A DNA stretch of 64,000 nt from an uncultured Flavobacteriaceae bacterium (GTDB lineage: Bacteria > Bacteroidota > Bacteroidia > Flavobacteriales > Flavobacteriaceae). The notes under the pieces were generated by a model. That model did no database searches and was not told the origin of the DNA. It saw only the letters and a program-made list of their open reading frames with translations. The position numbers and the translations under genes were made by a program. Shown here piece by piece: positions 8,903 to 19,023 of the stretch. Within the stretch, counting starts at the first letter, position 1. The number at the start of each line of letters is the position of its first letter. The DNA is taken from contig CAYGUF010000007.1 of assembly GCA_964353125.1 (NCBI GenBank), forward strand, positions 28,671 to 92,670. Direction: 5' to 3'.

Positions 8903-11900
8903 TTGAACACAATTAACCGTAATAAACGATATAAATTTGGATTTTATACTGTTTTAGCATTTTTACTGCTAACCTTTAGCACTATACAATCTCAAAACAC
9001 AGAGCAACCACAAGATTCTGTAAAAACAGGTTATGCTCTTGGAGAATTAAAAATGCCAAACCCAAAGAGTATAGAGTCTAAATACACTTACGATCCTATA
9101 TTAGACCGCTATGTGTATTCAGAAAAATTGGGAAATTTCAATATAAATTACCCTATTATTTTAACACGCTCTGAGTTTCAAAAGTTAGTTTTAGAAGAAC
9201 AATTAAAAGCCTACTACAAAAAAATGGCTGATGCTGCAGCTGGTCAAAAAGAAGGCTCAGAGGCAGACCGAAAAAATTTATTGCCAGAGTATTACATAGA
9301 TTCAGATGTATTTGCTACCATTTTTGGAAGCAATACCATTAATGTAGTGCCACAAGGTTCTGTAGATATTGATTTGGGTGTGTTGTATTCCAGACAAGAT
9401 AATCCTGTTATTTCACCACAAAACAGATCTAATTTCACCTTTGATTTTGACCAGAGAATTAGTTTAAGTTTATTAGGTAAAATAGGTACACGCCTGCAAG
9501 TAACCGCAAATTACGATACAGAGTCAACTTTCGATTTTCAAAATTTAATAAAACTAGAGTTTGATCCGGCAGCGGCACTCTTAGATGAAGCCTCTAAACA
9601 AACAGGTAAAGATCTTGGTAGCCTATCTGGTAAAGCTAGCGATTTTTATAATGAAGGTAAAGAAGTATTAAATGGTAACGGCTCTAAATCTGTTGGAGGT
9701 AACGAAGATTCTATAATTAAAAAAATAGAAATAGGTAATGTAAACATGCCTTTAAACAGCTCGCTAATTACAGGTGCGCAAAGTTTATTTGGCGTTAAAG
9801 CCCAATTACAATTTGGTAAAACAACGGTAACTGCTTTATATTCTGAGCAACAATCACAATCGCAATCTGTTGTAGCTCAAGGAGGTGGCACTTTAGAAGA
9901 GTTTGAGTTTTTTGCAAGAGATTATGATGAAAATCGACATTTCTTTTTATCACATTACTTTAAAGACACCTATGATAAAGCGTTATTACAATATCCTTTT
10001 ATAGATAATAAAGGTCTTCAAATTACAAGAGTAGAGGTTTGGGTAACCAACAGAAACAACCAAACGGAAAATGTAAGAAACATTGTAGCACTTCAAGATT
10101 TAGGTGAGTCTGAAATACAGAATATTGGAATTTCTCCTTTACCAACAGGCTTTGTTAACAATCCATCTGCACTTCCAGATAATTCTAATAATAATTTTGA
10201 CCCAACACGCATTGGGTCAGGATCTTTATTAAACGAGAATATTAGAGACATTACAAACGTGCAAGCAGGTGTTGGTGTCTCTGTAAATGAAGGTTTTGAT
10301 TACGGTAAATTAGAGGCCGCAAGAAAACTACAAGAAGGGCAAGATTATTTTTTACACACAGAACTTGGTTATATATCTTTAAATCAACGCTTACTTAACG
10401 ATGAAGTTTTAGCAGTAGCCTTTCAATATACTATTGGTGGTCAGGTGTTTCAAGTAGGTGAATTTGCTAATGATGGTGTAGATGCTACAGTTGTTGACGC
10501 TAATAACACATCAACAAATCAAACGGTAAGCAATCAAAGTTTGGTTTTAAAAATGCTAAAAAGTGCAGTTACAGTTGTAAATCAGCCAATCTGGGATTTA
10601 ATGATGAAAAACATCTACGATACAGGAGCATTTCAACTAGATCAAGAAGATTTTAGATTAAATATTTTTTATACCGAAGCATCTCCATTAAATTATATTA
10701 CACCAGTTGAAGGTACTGCATTTCCAACATTTGATAACAATACAGCATTTGATACCGATGACGATACACAAATTACAGAAACCCCTTTAATTCGTTTATT
10801 TCATTTAGACCGCCTCAATTTTAACGGTGACCCTCAAGAACGTGGGGATGGTTTTTTTGATTATGTACCGGGCGTAACTGTAATTACTCAAAACGGTAAA
10901 ATTGTATTTACAAAAACAGAGCCTTTTGGTAGCTATTTATTTGATGTCTTAGATGATGGTAGTACATCGGATACTTATGAACAAACAACAGCTTATACAA
11001 ACCCTAACTTAGAAAAATATGTTTACGATTTACTCTATAAATCTACAAAAACTGCTGCTTTAGAGGAGGTCGAAAAAAATAAGTTTCAAATTAAAGGACG
11101 TTTTAAAAGCAATAGTGGTGGTAGCGGAATTCCAATAGGCGCGTTTAATGTACCTCGTGGATCTGTAAGAGTTACTGCTGGAGGCAGGTTATTGGTAGAA
11201 GGTATAGATTATACGGTAAATTACCAAGCTGGTCGTGTAGAAATTTTAGACGAAGCTTTAAAAGCATCAAATACACCAATAAATGTTTCTGTAGAAAATA
11301 ACGCAACCTTTGGTCAGCAAACACGTCGTTTTTCGGGTATTAATATTGAGCATCAATTTAATGAAAACTTTGTATTAGGTGGTACATTATTAAATCTTAA
11401 CGAGCGTCCAATTACCCAAAAAGCGAATTTTGATACCGAACCTATAAATAATACCATTTTTGGATTTAATGGAAATTACTCAACAGAAGTTCCTTTTTTA
11501 ACGCGAATGGTAAATAAGTTACCTAATATAGATACTGATGTACCCTCAAATTTATCGGTTAGAGGTGAATTTGCCTACTTATTACCAGGCGCACCAAAAG
11601 GCACGGATTTTAGTGGCGAAGCTACAGCGTATATAGATGACTTTGAGGGTACGCAAGGTGCAATAAGTTTACTAAGTCCGCAATCATGGTTTTTGTCAAG
11701 CAGACCGTTAAACTTACCAAATAATTACCCTGGTAATGATAGTAACGGCATACAAAACGGTTACGGTAGAGCTTTATTAAATTGGTACACCATAGATCCT
11801 ATATTTTATGGTAATCAGCGTCCAGCTGGTATTACAGATGATGATATTTCTAGCCCATATACCAGACGTGTAACTATTGATGAAGTATTTCCAACCGTAG

Positions 11901-14900
11901 ATATTGTGCAAGGACAAACTTCAGTTTTTAACACTTTAGATTTAACTTACTATCCAACGGAACGAGGTCCATATAACTTTGATCCCTCGGCAGCAAATAC
12001 ATCATTAAATCCAAATACGAGTTGGGCTGGTATTACACGTCAAATAACATCTACAGATTTTGAACAAGCTAACGTAGAGTATATTGAGTTTTGGGTGCAA
12101 GATCCTTTTTTAGATAATCCAACAAGTTCTGGTGGAAAGCTAACCATTAACTTAGGTAATATTTCCGAAGATGTTTTAAAAGATGGTAAAAAACAATATG
12201 AAAACGGATTGCCAGAAGACGGGAATATAGACTTTTTACAAAGTTCACCACCAAATCCAATTTTACCTTATATTGTGCCACAAAACCAGTCGTTAATTTA
12301 CACATTTGCCACCACAGGTGCAGAACGTGATAACCAAGATGTTGGTTTAGACGGTTTTGATGATGCTGAAGAATTAGCAATATTTGGATCACAATTTGGG
12401 GAAGATCCTTCAAAAGATAATTACAACTATTATCTGAATGCAGAAGGAAGTATTTTTGAACGTTACAAGCAATACAATGGTTTACAGGGTAACTCTCCAG
12501 ATGTTTTTACAGATACCAATCGTGGGTCTACAACACAACCCGATGTAGAAGACATCAACAGAGATAATACCATGAATACTATTGATAGTTATTTTGAGTA
12601 TGAAATCCCTATAAATCCTAATAACCTTAACGAAAATAATGCTCAAATAAACGACATCAAAGAGCGTAACATAACCCTGCAAAACGGTGACCAGCGTACA
12701 GTAAAATGGTATCAATTTAGAATACCAATTAATGAGCCAACAAATGCTGTAAATAATATTGCAGATATTAGATCTGTACGTTTTGCACGTATGTATTTAA
12801 CAGAATTTACAGAGCAAACCGTATTGCGTTTTGCATCTTTAGATTTAGTACGTAGTGATTGGAGACGTTATACTTCAGACTTAGATAACGATACCAGTAA
12901 TAATAGTGCTAATGCAGAGTTTAATGTTGCCATTGTTGGTTTGCAAGAAAATGAGGGTAACTATTTAACACCGCCAGGAGTACAGCGAGAAGAATTAAAT
13001 AATAACAATAATATTATAAGACAAAACGAACAATCATTAGTTTTAGAAGCTTGTAAATTAGAACAAGAAGATTCACGTGGGGTTTTTAAAAATATAAATT
13101 TAGACATGCGTCAGTACAAAAAACTGCGTATGTTTTTACATGCTGAACCACAGGATGGTAATACTCTAGATTCTGGTGAATTAGTAGCATTTATTAGAAT
13201 GGGTAATGATTTTACAGATAACTTCTATCAGATTGAAATTCCATTATTGCCATCAATAGGAACCACTACAGCAGAAGATATATGGCCAGAACTCAACGAA
13301 ATAGAAATCCCTTTAGAATTTTTACAAAAAATTAAAGCCCTTGGGATTTCAGAGGGTACACTAGCTAATCCAGATCCAACATTTTACAACGTAGTAGATG
13401 GAGTTTTGGATGAAACACCATTAGTAAATGGTAATGTTTCGTTTTTAGATATTGAAAGTAATGCAAAGCAACAGCGTGTTTCAATTAAAGGCAATCCAAA
13501 TTTTGGTGATGTAAGAGTATTAATGGTAGGTGTTAAAAACTCAGGTGATACTAGTAATGCAAGTGCATGCGGTGAAGTTTGGTTTAACGAGCTGCGCATG
13601 TCCGATTTAGAAAACGAAGGAGGTTGGGCTGCTGTGGTGAGTATGGATTCTAAAATTGCAGACTTTGCAGATGTTAGCTTGGTAGGTAGACGCAGTACTG
13701 TTGGTTTTGGCGGTATAGAGCTAGGCCCTAACCAGCGTAGTAGAGAAGATGTTAAGCAATATGATTTGGTAACTAACGTGCAAGTAGGACAAGTATTACC
13801 AAAAAAATGGGGCGTACAAATACCATTTAATTATGCACAGAGCGAAGAATTAGTTACCCCAGAATACGACCAGTTTTACAACGATTTAACATTACAATCG
13901 CGAGTGGACGCTGCTGAATCTGCTGCAGACGAAAATAGAATTAGAACACAATCTGAAAGCTATACCAAACGCAAAAGTATTAATTTTATTGAGGTAAGAA
14001 AGCAACGTACTGGTGAGGCAAAACCAAAGTTTTATGATGTAGAAAACCTAACGTTTAATTACTCAAATAACAAAATTGAGCATCGCGATTTTGAAATTGA
14101 AAACGCTTTAGACCAAACCGTGAGAGTTGGCGCAAATTATAGTTTCAGCTTTAATCCATTAAAACTTGAGCCTTTTAAAAAGAACGATTCACTTTTTACT
14201 GGTAAATATTGGAAAATTCTTAAAGATTTTAACCTTAATTTATTACCATCAAATATTGCAGTAAATACAGATATTAATAGACAGTTTAGTAGTCAAAAGT
14301 TTAGAGCGGTAGAATTAGGTGGTAATAATATTGCTATTGAAGAATTATTCAGAAGGAATTACACCTTCGATTTTCAGTATGCCATTAACTATAACCTTAC
14401 TGATGCTTTAAGCGTTAATTTTTCAGCAGCAAACACTAATATTGTTCGTAATTATTTTATAGATAACCGCATTAACGGAAGGCAAAATCCAGAATTAGAT
14501 GTTTGGGATGGTTTTTTTAATGCAGGAGATCCAAACCTACAAACACAGCAGCTTCAAGTTAATTATGAATTACCGTTATATAAAATACCTATTCTTAATT
14601 TCTTAAGGGCTTCGTACACTTACAACGGAACTTTTCAATGGCAAAAAGGTTCAGATTTAAATGAAAATCTCGAGGTGGCTGTAGATGATGATAATGATAG
14701 TAATACTCCAGATATTCTTCAAACTTATAGATTGGGGCATTCTATACAAAATTCTAATACGCATAATATAAATTCAACCTTAAGTATGACCACCCTATAT
14801 AAAACCTTAGGTTTGGTGAAAAAAGGTAATGCAAGTCGTGGCCCTAGAAATAGAAGTACTTTAAAACGTGATAATAAAGAAGATCAGTCTAAAACATCAG

Positions 14901-16342
14901 CTAAGACTGTAAAAAAAGACCCAAGTAAGTTAAGTGTTGGTAAAAAAGCATACAATACATTAATAGATGTTATAACCATGGTAAAACGTGTGCAGTTTGG
15001 TTATACAGAAAACAACGGTACGTATTTGCCAGGTTACTTGCCAACACCAGGTTTTATTGGCACACTAAGGCCTACACTAGGTTACACGTTTGGAAGTCAG
15101 CGTAATATTACAGATTTGGCTGCTCGTAACGGTTGGTTAACTATTTTTCCTAACTTCAATCAGCAATATACCGAGGTTAAAAATACATCTTTAGATTATT
15201 CAATTAATTTAGAGCCAATGCAGGATTTAAAAATAGATCTGATAGGAAACAGAACGTTTTTAAGAAACACAGCGCAAACCTTTAAAGCTAATGATATTGA
15301 CGATGATGGCTTAAGTGACGCATACGAGGATTTAATTACAAATGCCTTTGGTAATTTTAACATTTCAACCGCATTAATAAGAACAGCTTTTAGTCCTAGT
15401 AATGAATTGCAATCTGAAACTTTTGATGATTTTAGAGCCAACCGTTTAATAATTGCCAACAGATTAGCGCGCGATTATTACGGAAATACCACCTATGCAA
15501 CAGATACAGAAGGTTATCCAGAAGGTTTTGGTAAAAACAGTCAGCGCGTATTATTACCCGCATTTTTATCGGCATACCATGGTTCAGACGCAGAGGGTGT
15601 TTCAACTGGGGCTTTTAGAGATATTCCAATTCCTAATTGGACACTAAAATATACAGGGTTAATGCGTATAAAATGGTTTAAAAAAATGTTTAGACGTTTT
15701 TCAATACAACACGGCTATCGCTCTAGATATACAATAAATCAATTTAGAACCAACTTAGATTACCAAGCGCCAGACGCAACACTGGCAATAACAAACCCTA
15801 ATAATGAAAATGCATTAGATGCATCAGGAAATTTTAAAAGTGAAACATTATATAGTAACATTAATTTAGAAGAACAATTTAGCCCTTTAGTTCGGTTAGA
15901 TTTTGAAATGAAGAATTCTGTTAAAGTATTAGCAGAGATTGCTAAAGACCGAACCTTATCTTTAAGTTTTGATAATAATTTAATGACCGAAATACAAGGC
16001 ATGGAATACACTCTTGGTTTAGGTTACCGTATTAAAGATTTTAAAATAAGAAGCAAATTAGCAGGGCCAAAACAGGTTATAAAGAGCGATTTGAACATGC
16101 GTGCAGATGTATCTGTTAGAAATAACAAAACAATTATAAGGTATTTAGATTTAGAGGACAACCAAGTTACAGCTGGCCAAACTATTTGGGGTATTAAATA
16201 CATAGCAGACTATGCGTTTAGTAAAAATTTAACAGCGTTATTGTATTTTGATTATGCGTTTTCAGATTTTGCAATTTCAACATCATTTCCACAAACTTCA
16301 ATAAGGTCTGGAATCACACTACGTTATAATTTTGGAAATTAA
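8903..16342 (+). CDS. sprA: Type IX secretion system outer-membrane translocon SprA (Sov)
   Basis: 2479 aa; FDFDQRISLSLLGKIG, GAQSLFGVKAQLQFGKT, YDENRHFFL, WYQFRIP, WFNELR, C-terminal RSGITLRYNFGN; usual ruvA-sprA-gcvH order. Confidence 0.95.
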   Translation: MNTINRNKRYKFGFYTVLAFLLLTFSTIQSQNTEQPQDSVKTGYALGELKMPNPKSIESKYTYDPILDRYVYSEKLGNFNINYPIILTRSEFQKLVLEEQLKAYYKKMADAAAGQKEGSEADRKNLLPEYYIDSDVFATIFGSNTINVVPQGSVDIDLGVLYSRQDNPVISPQNRSNFTFDFDQRISLSLLGKIGTRLQVTANYDTESTFDFQNLIKLEFDPAAALLDEASKQTGKDLGSLSGKASDFYNEGKEVLNGNGSKSVGGNEDSIIKKIEIGNVNMPLNSSLITGAQSLFGVKAQLQFGKTTVTALYSEQQSQSQSVVAQGGGTLEEFEFFARDYDENRHFFLSHYFKDTYDKALLQYPFIDNKGLQITRVEVWVTNRNNQTENVRNIVALQDLGESEIQNIGISPLPTGFVNNPSALPDNSNNNFDPTRIGSGSLLNENIRDITNVQAGVGVSVNEGFDYGKLEAARKLQEGQDYFLHTELGYISLNQRLLNDEVLAVAFQYTIGGQVFQVGEFANDGVDATVVDANNTSTNQTVSNQSLVLKMLKSAVTVVNQPIWDLMMKNIYDTGAFQLDQEDFRLNIFYTEASPLNYITPVEGTAFPTFDNNTAFDTDDDTQITETPLIRLFHLDRLNFNGDPQERGDGFFDYVPGVTVITQNGKIVFTKTEPFGSYLFDVLDDGSTSDTYEQTTAYTNPNLEKYVYDLLYKSTKTAALEEVEKNKFQIKGRFKSNSGGSGIPIGAFNVPRGSVRVTAGGRLLVEGIDYTVNYQAGRVEILDEALKASNTPINVSVENNATFGQQTRRFSGINIEHQFNENFVLGGTLLNLNERPITQKANFDTEPINNTIFGFNGNYSTEVPFLTRMVNKLPNIDTDVPSNLSVRGEFAYLLPGAPKGTDFSGEATAYIDDFEGTQGAISLLSPQSWFLSSRPLNLPNNYPGNDSNGIQNGYGRALLNWYTIDPIFYGNQRPAGITDDDISSPYTRRVTIDEVFPTVDIVQGQTSVFNTLDLTYYPTERGPYNFDPSAANTSLNPNTSWAGITRQITSTDFEQANVEYIEFWVQDPFLDNPTSSGGKLTINLGNISEDVLKDGKKQYENGLPEDGNIDFLQSSPPNPILPYIVPQNQSLIYTFATTGAERDNQDVGLDGFDDAEELAIFGSQFGEDPSKDNYNYYLNAEGSIFERYKQYNGLQGNSPDVFTDTNRGSTTQPDVEDINRDNTMNTIDSYFEYEIPINPNNLNENNAQINDIKERNITLQNGDQRTVKWYQFRIPINEPTNAVNNIADIRSVRFARMYLTEFTEQTVLRFASLDLVRSDWRRYTSDLDNDTSNNSANAEFNVAIVGLQENEGNYLTPPGVQREELNNNNNIIRQNEQSLVLEACKLEQEDSRGVFKNINLDMRQYKKLRMFLHAEPQDGNTLDSGELVAFIRMGNDFTDNFYQIEIPLLPSIGTTTAEDIWPELNEIEIPLEFLQKIKALGISEGTLANPDPTFYNVVDGVLDETPLVNGNVSFLDIESNAKQQRVSIKGNPNFGDVRVLMVGVKNSGDTSNASACGEVWFNELRMSDLENEGGWAAVVSMDSKIADFADVSLVGRRSTVGFGGIELGPNQRSREDVKQYDLVTNVQVGQVLPKKWGVQIPFNYAQSEELVTPEYDQFYNDLTLQSRVDAAESAADENRIRTQSESYTKRKSINFIEVRKQRTGEAKPKFYDVENLTFNYSNNKIEHRDFEIENALDQTVRVGANYSFSFNPLKLEPFKKNDSLFTGKYWKILKDFNLNLLPSNIAVNTDINRQFSSQKFRAVELGGNNIAIEELFRRNYTFDFQYAINYNLTDALSVNFSAANTNIVRNYFIDNRINGRQNPELDVWDGFFNAGDPNLQTQQLQVNYELPLYKIPILNFLRASYTYNGTFQWQKGSDLNENLEVAVDDDNDSNTPDILQTYRLGHSIQNSNTHNINSTLSMTTLYKTLGLVKKGNASRGPRNRSTLKRDNKEDQSKTSAKTVKKDPSKLSVGKKAYNTLIDVITMVKRVQFGYTENNGTYLPGYLPTPGFIGTLRPTLGYTFGSQRNITDLAARNGWLTIFPNFNQQYTEVKNTSLDYSINLEPMQDLKIDLIGNRTFLRNTAQTFKANDIDDDGLSDAYEDLITNAFGNFNISTALIRTAFSPSNELQSETFDDFRANRLIIANRLARDYYGNTTYATDTEGYPEGFGKNSQRVLLPAFLSAYHGSDAEGVSTGAFRDIPIPNWTLKYTGLMRIKWFKKMFRRFSIQHGYRSRYTINQFRTNLDYQAPDATLAITNPNNENALDASGNFKSETLYSNINLEEQFSPLVRLDFEMKNSVKVLAEIAKDRTLSLSFDNNLMTEIQGMEYTLGLGYRIKDFKIRSKLAGPKQVIKSDLNMRADVSVRNNKTIIRYLDLEDNQVTAGQTIWGIKYIADYAFSKNLTALLYFDYAFSDFAISTSFPQTSIRSGITLRYNFGN

Positions 16343-16366
16343 TTATAAATCTAGAATTTAAAAAAT

Positions 16367-16374
16367 TACTTTTG
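16367..16374 (+). promoter_or_regulatory. -7 element for gcvH
   Basis: TACTTTTG matches TAnnTTTG, 27 nt before the ATG. Confidence 0.45.
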
Positions 16375-16401
16375 TTAGAATCATTTTAAAAATTAAAGAC
16401 T

Positions 16402-16782
16402 ATGAACATACCTGCAGAATTAAAATACACTAAAGACCATGAGTGGGTTAGGATAGAAGGCGATATAGCTACTGTTGGTATAACAGATTTTGCACAAGGT
16501 GAGCTCGGCGATATTGTTTATGTAGAAGTAGAAACTTTAGATGAAACTCTACAGGCTGAGGATATATTTGGCACGGTTGAAGCTGTAAAAACAGTCTCAG
16601 ATTTATTTTTACCATTATCTGGTGAAATTATTGCGTTTAATGAAGGTTTAGAAGATGCGCCTGAAACTGTAAACGCAGATCCCTATGGCGAGGGTTGGAT
16701 GATAAAAATAAAATTTTCTGACGTTTCTGAGATTGAAAACTTATTAACAGCAGAAGATTACAAAGCTATTGTTAGTATCTAA
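16402..16782 (+). CDS. gcvH: Glycine cleavage system H protein
   Basis: [26 protein letters not shown], lipoyl motif [21 protein letters not shown]. Confidence 0.97.
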   Translation: MNIPAELKYTKDHEWVRIEGDIATVGITDFAQGELGDIVYVEVETLDETLQAEDIFGTVEAVKTVSDLFLPLSGEIIAFNEGLEDAPETVNADPYGEGWMIKIKFSDVSEIENLLTAEDYKAIVSI

Positions 16783-17134
16783 AAATTTAATTCTGTTTGG
16801 AGCTATAAGCTACACCATAGCGCTTATAATAGTAAGTCTTATAGATGTTAATCAAATGCCGTCATTAGGCTCTTCCTACGATGATAAGCTTTACCATTTT
16901 ATAGCCTATTTTGGTTTTGCTTTTTTATGGAATACATATACAAAAGGAATAAAAATAAGCAAATACCTTAGAGTTTTTGTAAGTTTAATATGTTTTGGTA
17001 TTATTTTAGAATTGATACAGCATAACATAAATCCCAACAGAATGTATGAGCTTTATGACCTATTAGCAAATTGCTTAGGGGTTATAATTGGCACATTAGT
17101 TGCATTAAGATTGCATAAAATAAAATTAAAATAG
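16769..17134 (+). CDS. VanZ-family membrane protein
   Basis: [18 protein letters not shown]....DLLANCLG. Confidence 0.82.
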   Translation: MLVSKNLILFGAISYTIALIIVSLIDVNQMPSLGSSYDDKLYHFIAYFGFAFLWNTYTKGIKISKYLRVFVSLICFGIILELIQHNINPNRMYELYDLLANCLGVIIGTLVALRLHKIKLK

Positions 17135-17199
17135 AAGAAGGTTTTGCTTTTTCTACTATTTTTTAGTTAAATTAGCAACGTTATAATTAATACTATACT

Positions 17200-17928
17200 A
17201 TGGAACCTAAAAAGAATCCAAAATCAGATGTAAGTCGCAACAGTTCAATATACTTTGCAGTAGGACTTGCATTAATGCTAGGAGTAACCTATTTATCAAT
17301 AAATTATAAAACTTATGATAAAATAGATATTGCTCAGGACACACTTAATTTAGATGATGATTTAGAAGAAGAAGTGCCAATTACAGAACAATTAATTACA
17401 CCACCACCACCACCGCCACCGCCACCAGCAGCACCAGAAATTATTGAAGTTGTTGAAGATGAAGAGGAAGTTGAGGAAACTGTTATAGAATCTACAGAAA
17501 CTGAAATGGATACAGAAATTGTTGAAGTTGAAGAAGTTGAAGTTGAAGAAGTTGAAGAAGATATTGAAGTCCCTTTTTCTGTAATTGAAAATGTACCTGT
17601 TTTTCCTGGTTGTGAAAACGAAAAAGGAAACGCAGCTAAGAAAAAATGTATGTCAGAAAAAGTGAGTAAGCTTGTAAATAAAAAGTTTAACGCTGATCTT
17701 GCTAGTGATCTTGGTTTACCACCTGGGCAGAAAAGAATATTTGTGTCTTTTAAAATTGATAAAAACGGAAATGTTGTTAAAGTTGGTGCTCGTGGGCCTC
17801 ACCCAGGATTAGAAAACGAAGCTAAACGTGTTATTGGTTTGTTACCAAAAATGAAACCAGGTATGCAACGTGGTAAAGCTGTAGTTGTACCATATTCATT
17901 ACCTATAGTATTTCAAGTACAAGATTAA
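17200..17928 (+). CDS. tonB: Energy transducer TonB (paralog 1)
   Basis: N-terminal TM, poly-Pro and Glu/Val spacer, ENVPVFPGC, MKPGMQRGKAVVVPYSLPIVF. Confidence 0.9.
   Translation: MEPKKNPKSDVSRNSSIYFAVGLALMLGVTYLSINYKTYDKIDIAQDTLNLDDDLEEEVPITEQLITPPPPPPPPPAAPEIIEVVEDEEEVEETVIESTETEMDTEIVEVEEVEVEEVEEDIEVPFSVIENVPVFPGCENEKGNAAKKKCMSEKVSKLVNKKFNADLASDLGLPPGQKRIFVSFKIDKNGNVVKVGARGPHPGLENEAKRVIGLLPKMKPGMQRGKAVVVPYSLPIVFQVQD
17401..17560 (+). repeat. Coding low-complexity repeats: (CCA/CCG)n poly-Pro and GAAGTT/GAAGAA Glu-Val repeats
   Basis: Nine Pro codons at 17401-17427; tandem GTTGAA units at about 17521-17560. Confidence 0.7.
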
Positions 17929-17949
17929 TTATAAAGTCTTATCCAAATA

Positions 17950-17983
17950 AAAATCCCGTTCAAAATTAATTGAGCGGGATTTT
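17950..17983 (+). terminator. Intrinsic terminator after tonB1
   Basis: AAAATCCCGTTCAA-aattaa-TTGAGCGGGATTTT. Confidence 0.85.
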
Positions 17984-17988
17984 CTTAT

Positions 17989-18004
17989 TTGGTATGCTTA
18001 TTGT
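17989..18004 (+). promoter_or_regulatory. Candidate sigma54 (-24/-12) promoter for tonB2
   Basis: TTGGTAT-GCTTA-TTGT; GG (17991) to GT (18003) spacing is 12, as for GG/GC in TGGCAC-N5-TTGC. Confidence 0.45.
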
Positions 18005-18040
18005 GACTTTATCATAATATTAACATTTAAAACATATATT

Positions 18041-18832
18041 ATGAAAAATTCAAAAGAATTTCTTGGAGGTACTGGTCAGAGTACAGCCAACGTAAAGCCA
18101 TCATCCAAGCATGATGCAAATTTACAAAAAAATTCAAGCCTTTATTTTCAAATAGGTTTGATTCTTTGCTTGCTGGGTACTTATGCACTTTTTGAAATGC
18201 AATTTGTGTCTAAGCACATAAGCATGCCAACGGAAACTGCTTACACAGGTCCTATTACTTTAGACTATGTTAAACCTTATGTAGTTGAGGTGGTTAAGCC
18301 TGAGGCCCCAAAACCACTACCAAGTGTAGATTTAATAGATGTAGTTAAGGTCATTGATAATGACGCCCTAGATGTAACTAAAATTATTAAAACTACTGAA
18401 GAACCTGTAGTTTTAAGTAAACCTGCTACTGTAGGTGAAATACCAAAAATTGAAGAACCTATAGAGGATATTGTTGTGGATTTTATAAGGATAGAAAAAG
18501 TGCCTGTATATCCGGGCTGTGAAAACCAAAAAACTAATGAAAAGCGCAGACAATGTATGTCTGATAAAATTTCTAAACTTGTAAGTAAAAAATTTAATGC
18601 AGATTTAGCAGCTGACTATGGGTTAACGGGTAAGCAAAAAATTTTCACACAGTTTACTATTGATAAAACTGGTGCCGTAAACAATATTAAAATTAGAGCT
18701 CCACACAACGCATTAGAAAAAGAAGCAAACCGTATTATTAATAAGATACCACAAATGCAGCCAGGTATGCAACGTGATAAACCAGTGGGTGTAGTTTATA
18801 CATTACCAATTGTATTTGAAGTACAACAGTAA
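18041..18832 (+). CDS. tonB: Energy transducer TonB (paralog 2)
   Basis: LQKNSSLYFQIGL TM, EKVPVYPGC, MQPGMQRDKPVGVVYTLPIVF. Confidence 0.88.
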   Translation: MKNSKEFLGGTGQSTANVKPSSKHDANLQKNSSLYFQIGLILCLLGTYALFEMQFVSKHISMPTETAYTGPITLDYVKPYVVEVVKPEAPKPLPSVDLIDVVKVIDNDALDVTKIIKTTEEPVVLSKPATVGEIPKIEEPIEDIVVDFIRIEKVPVYPGCENQKTNEKRRQCMSDKISKLVSKKFNADLAADYGLTGKQKIFTQFTIDKTGAVNNIKIRAPHNALEKEANRIINKIPQMQPGMQRDKPVGVVYTLPIVFEVQQ

Positions 18833-18853
18833 TTTAAAGTTTTTAGGTTAAGT

Positions 18854-18888
18854 AAATCGTTCAGAAATTAATTTTTTGAACGATTTTT
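18854..18888 (+). terminator. Intrinsic terminator after tonB2
   Basis: AAATCGTTCAGAAA...TTTTGAACGATTT followed by Ts. Confidence 0.8.
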
Positions 18889-18960
18889 AATTTTACGTAT
18901 TCTTTTTTTTTCTGAATTTTATTTTGTATGAGATCTGTAGTATTTAAATCTAAGGATTGG

Positions 18961-18991
18961 TTGGTCGTATTCAATTTTCAAACTATCTTTG
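18961..18991 (+). promoter_or_regulatory. Primary-sigma promoter for cyoE
   Basis: TTG (18961) - 20 nt - TATCTTTG (18984-18991). Confidence 0.6.
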
Positions 18992-19023
18992 CAAAAGCTT
19001 AATAAAGCAGAAAAAGTAAAGCG

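Noticed and set aside
17401-17560. Tandem repeats in tonB1 as a possible CRISPR or contingency locus
   Set aside because: In-frame codon repeats encoding the normal Pro/Glu-rich TonB spacer; no repeat-spacer array was seen anywhere in the window.
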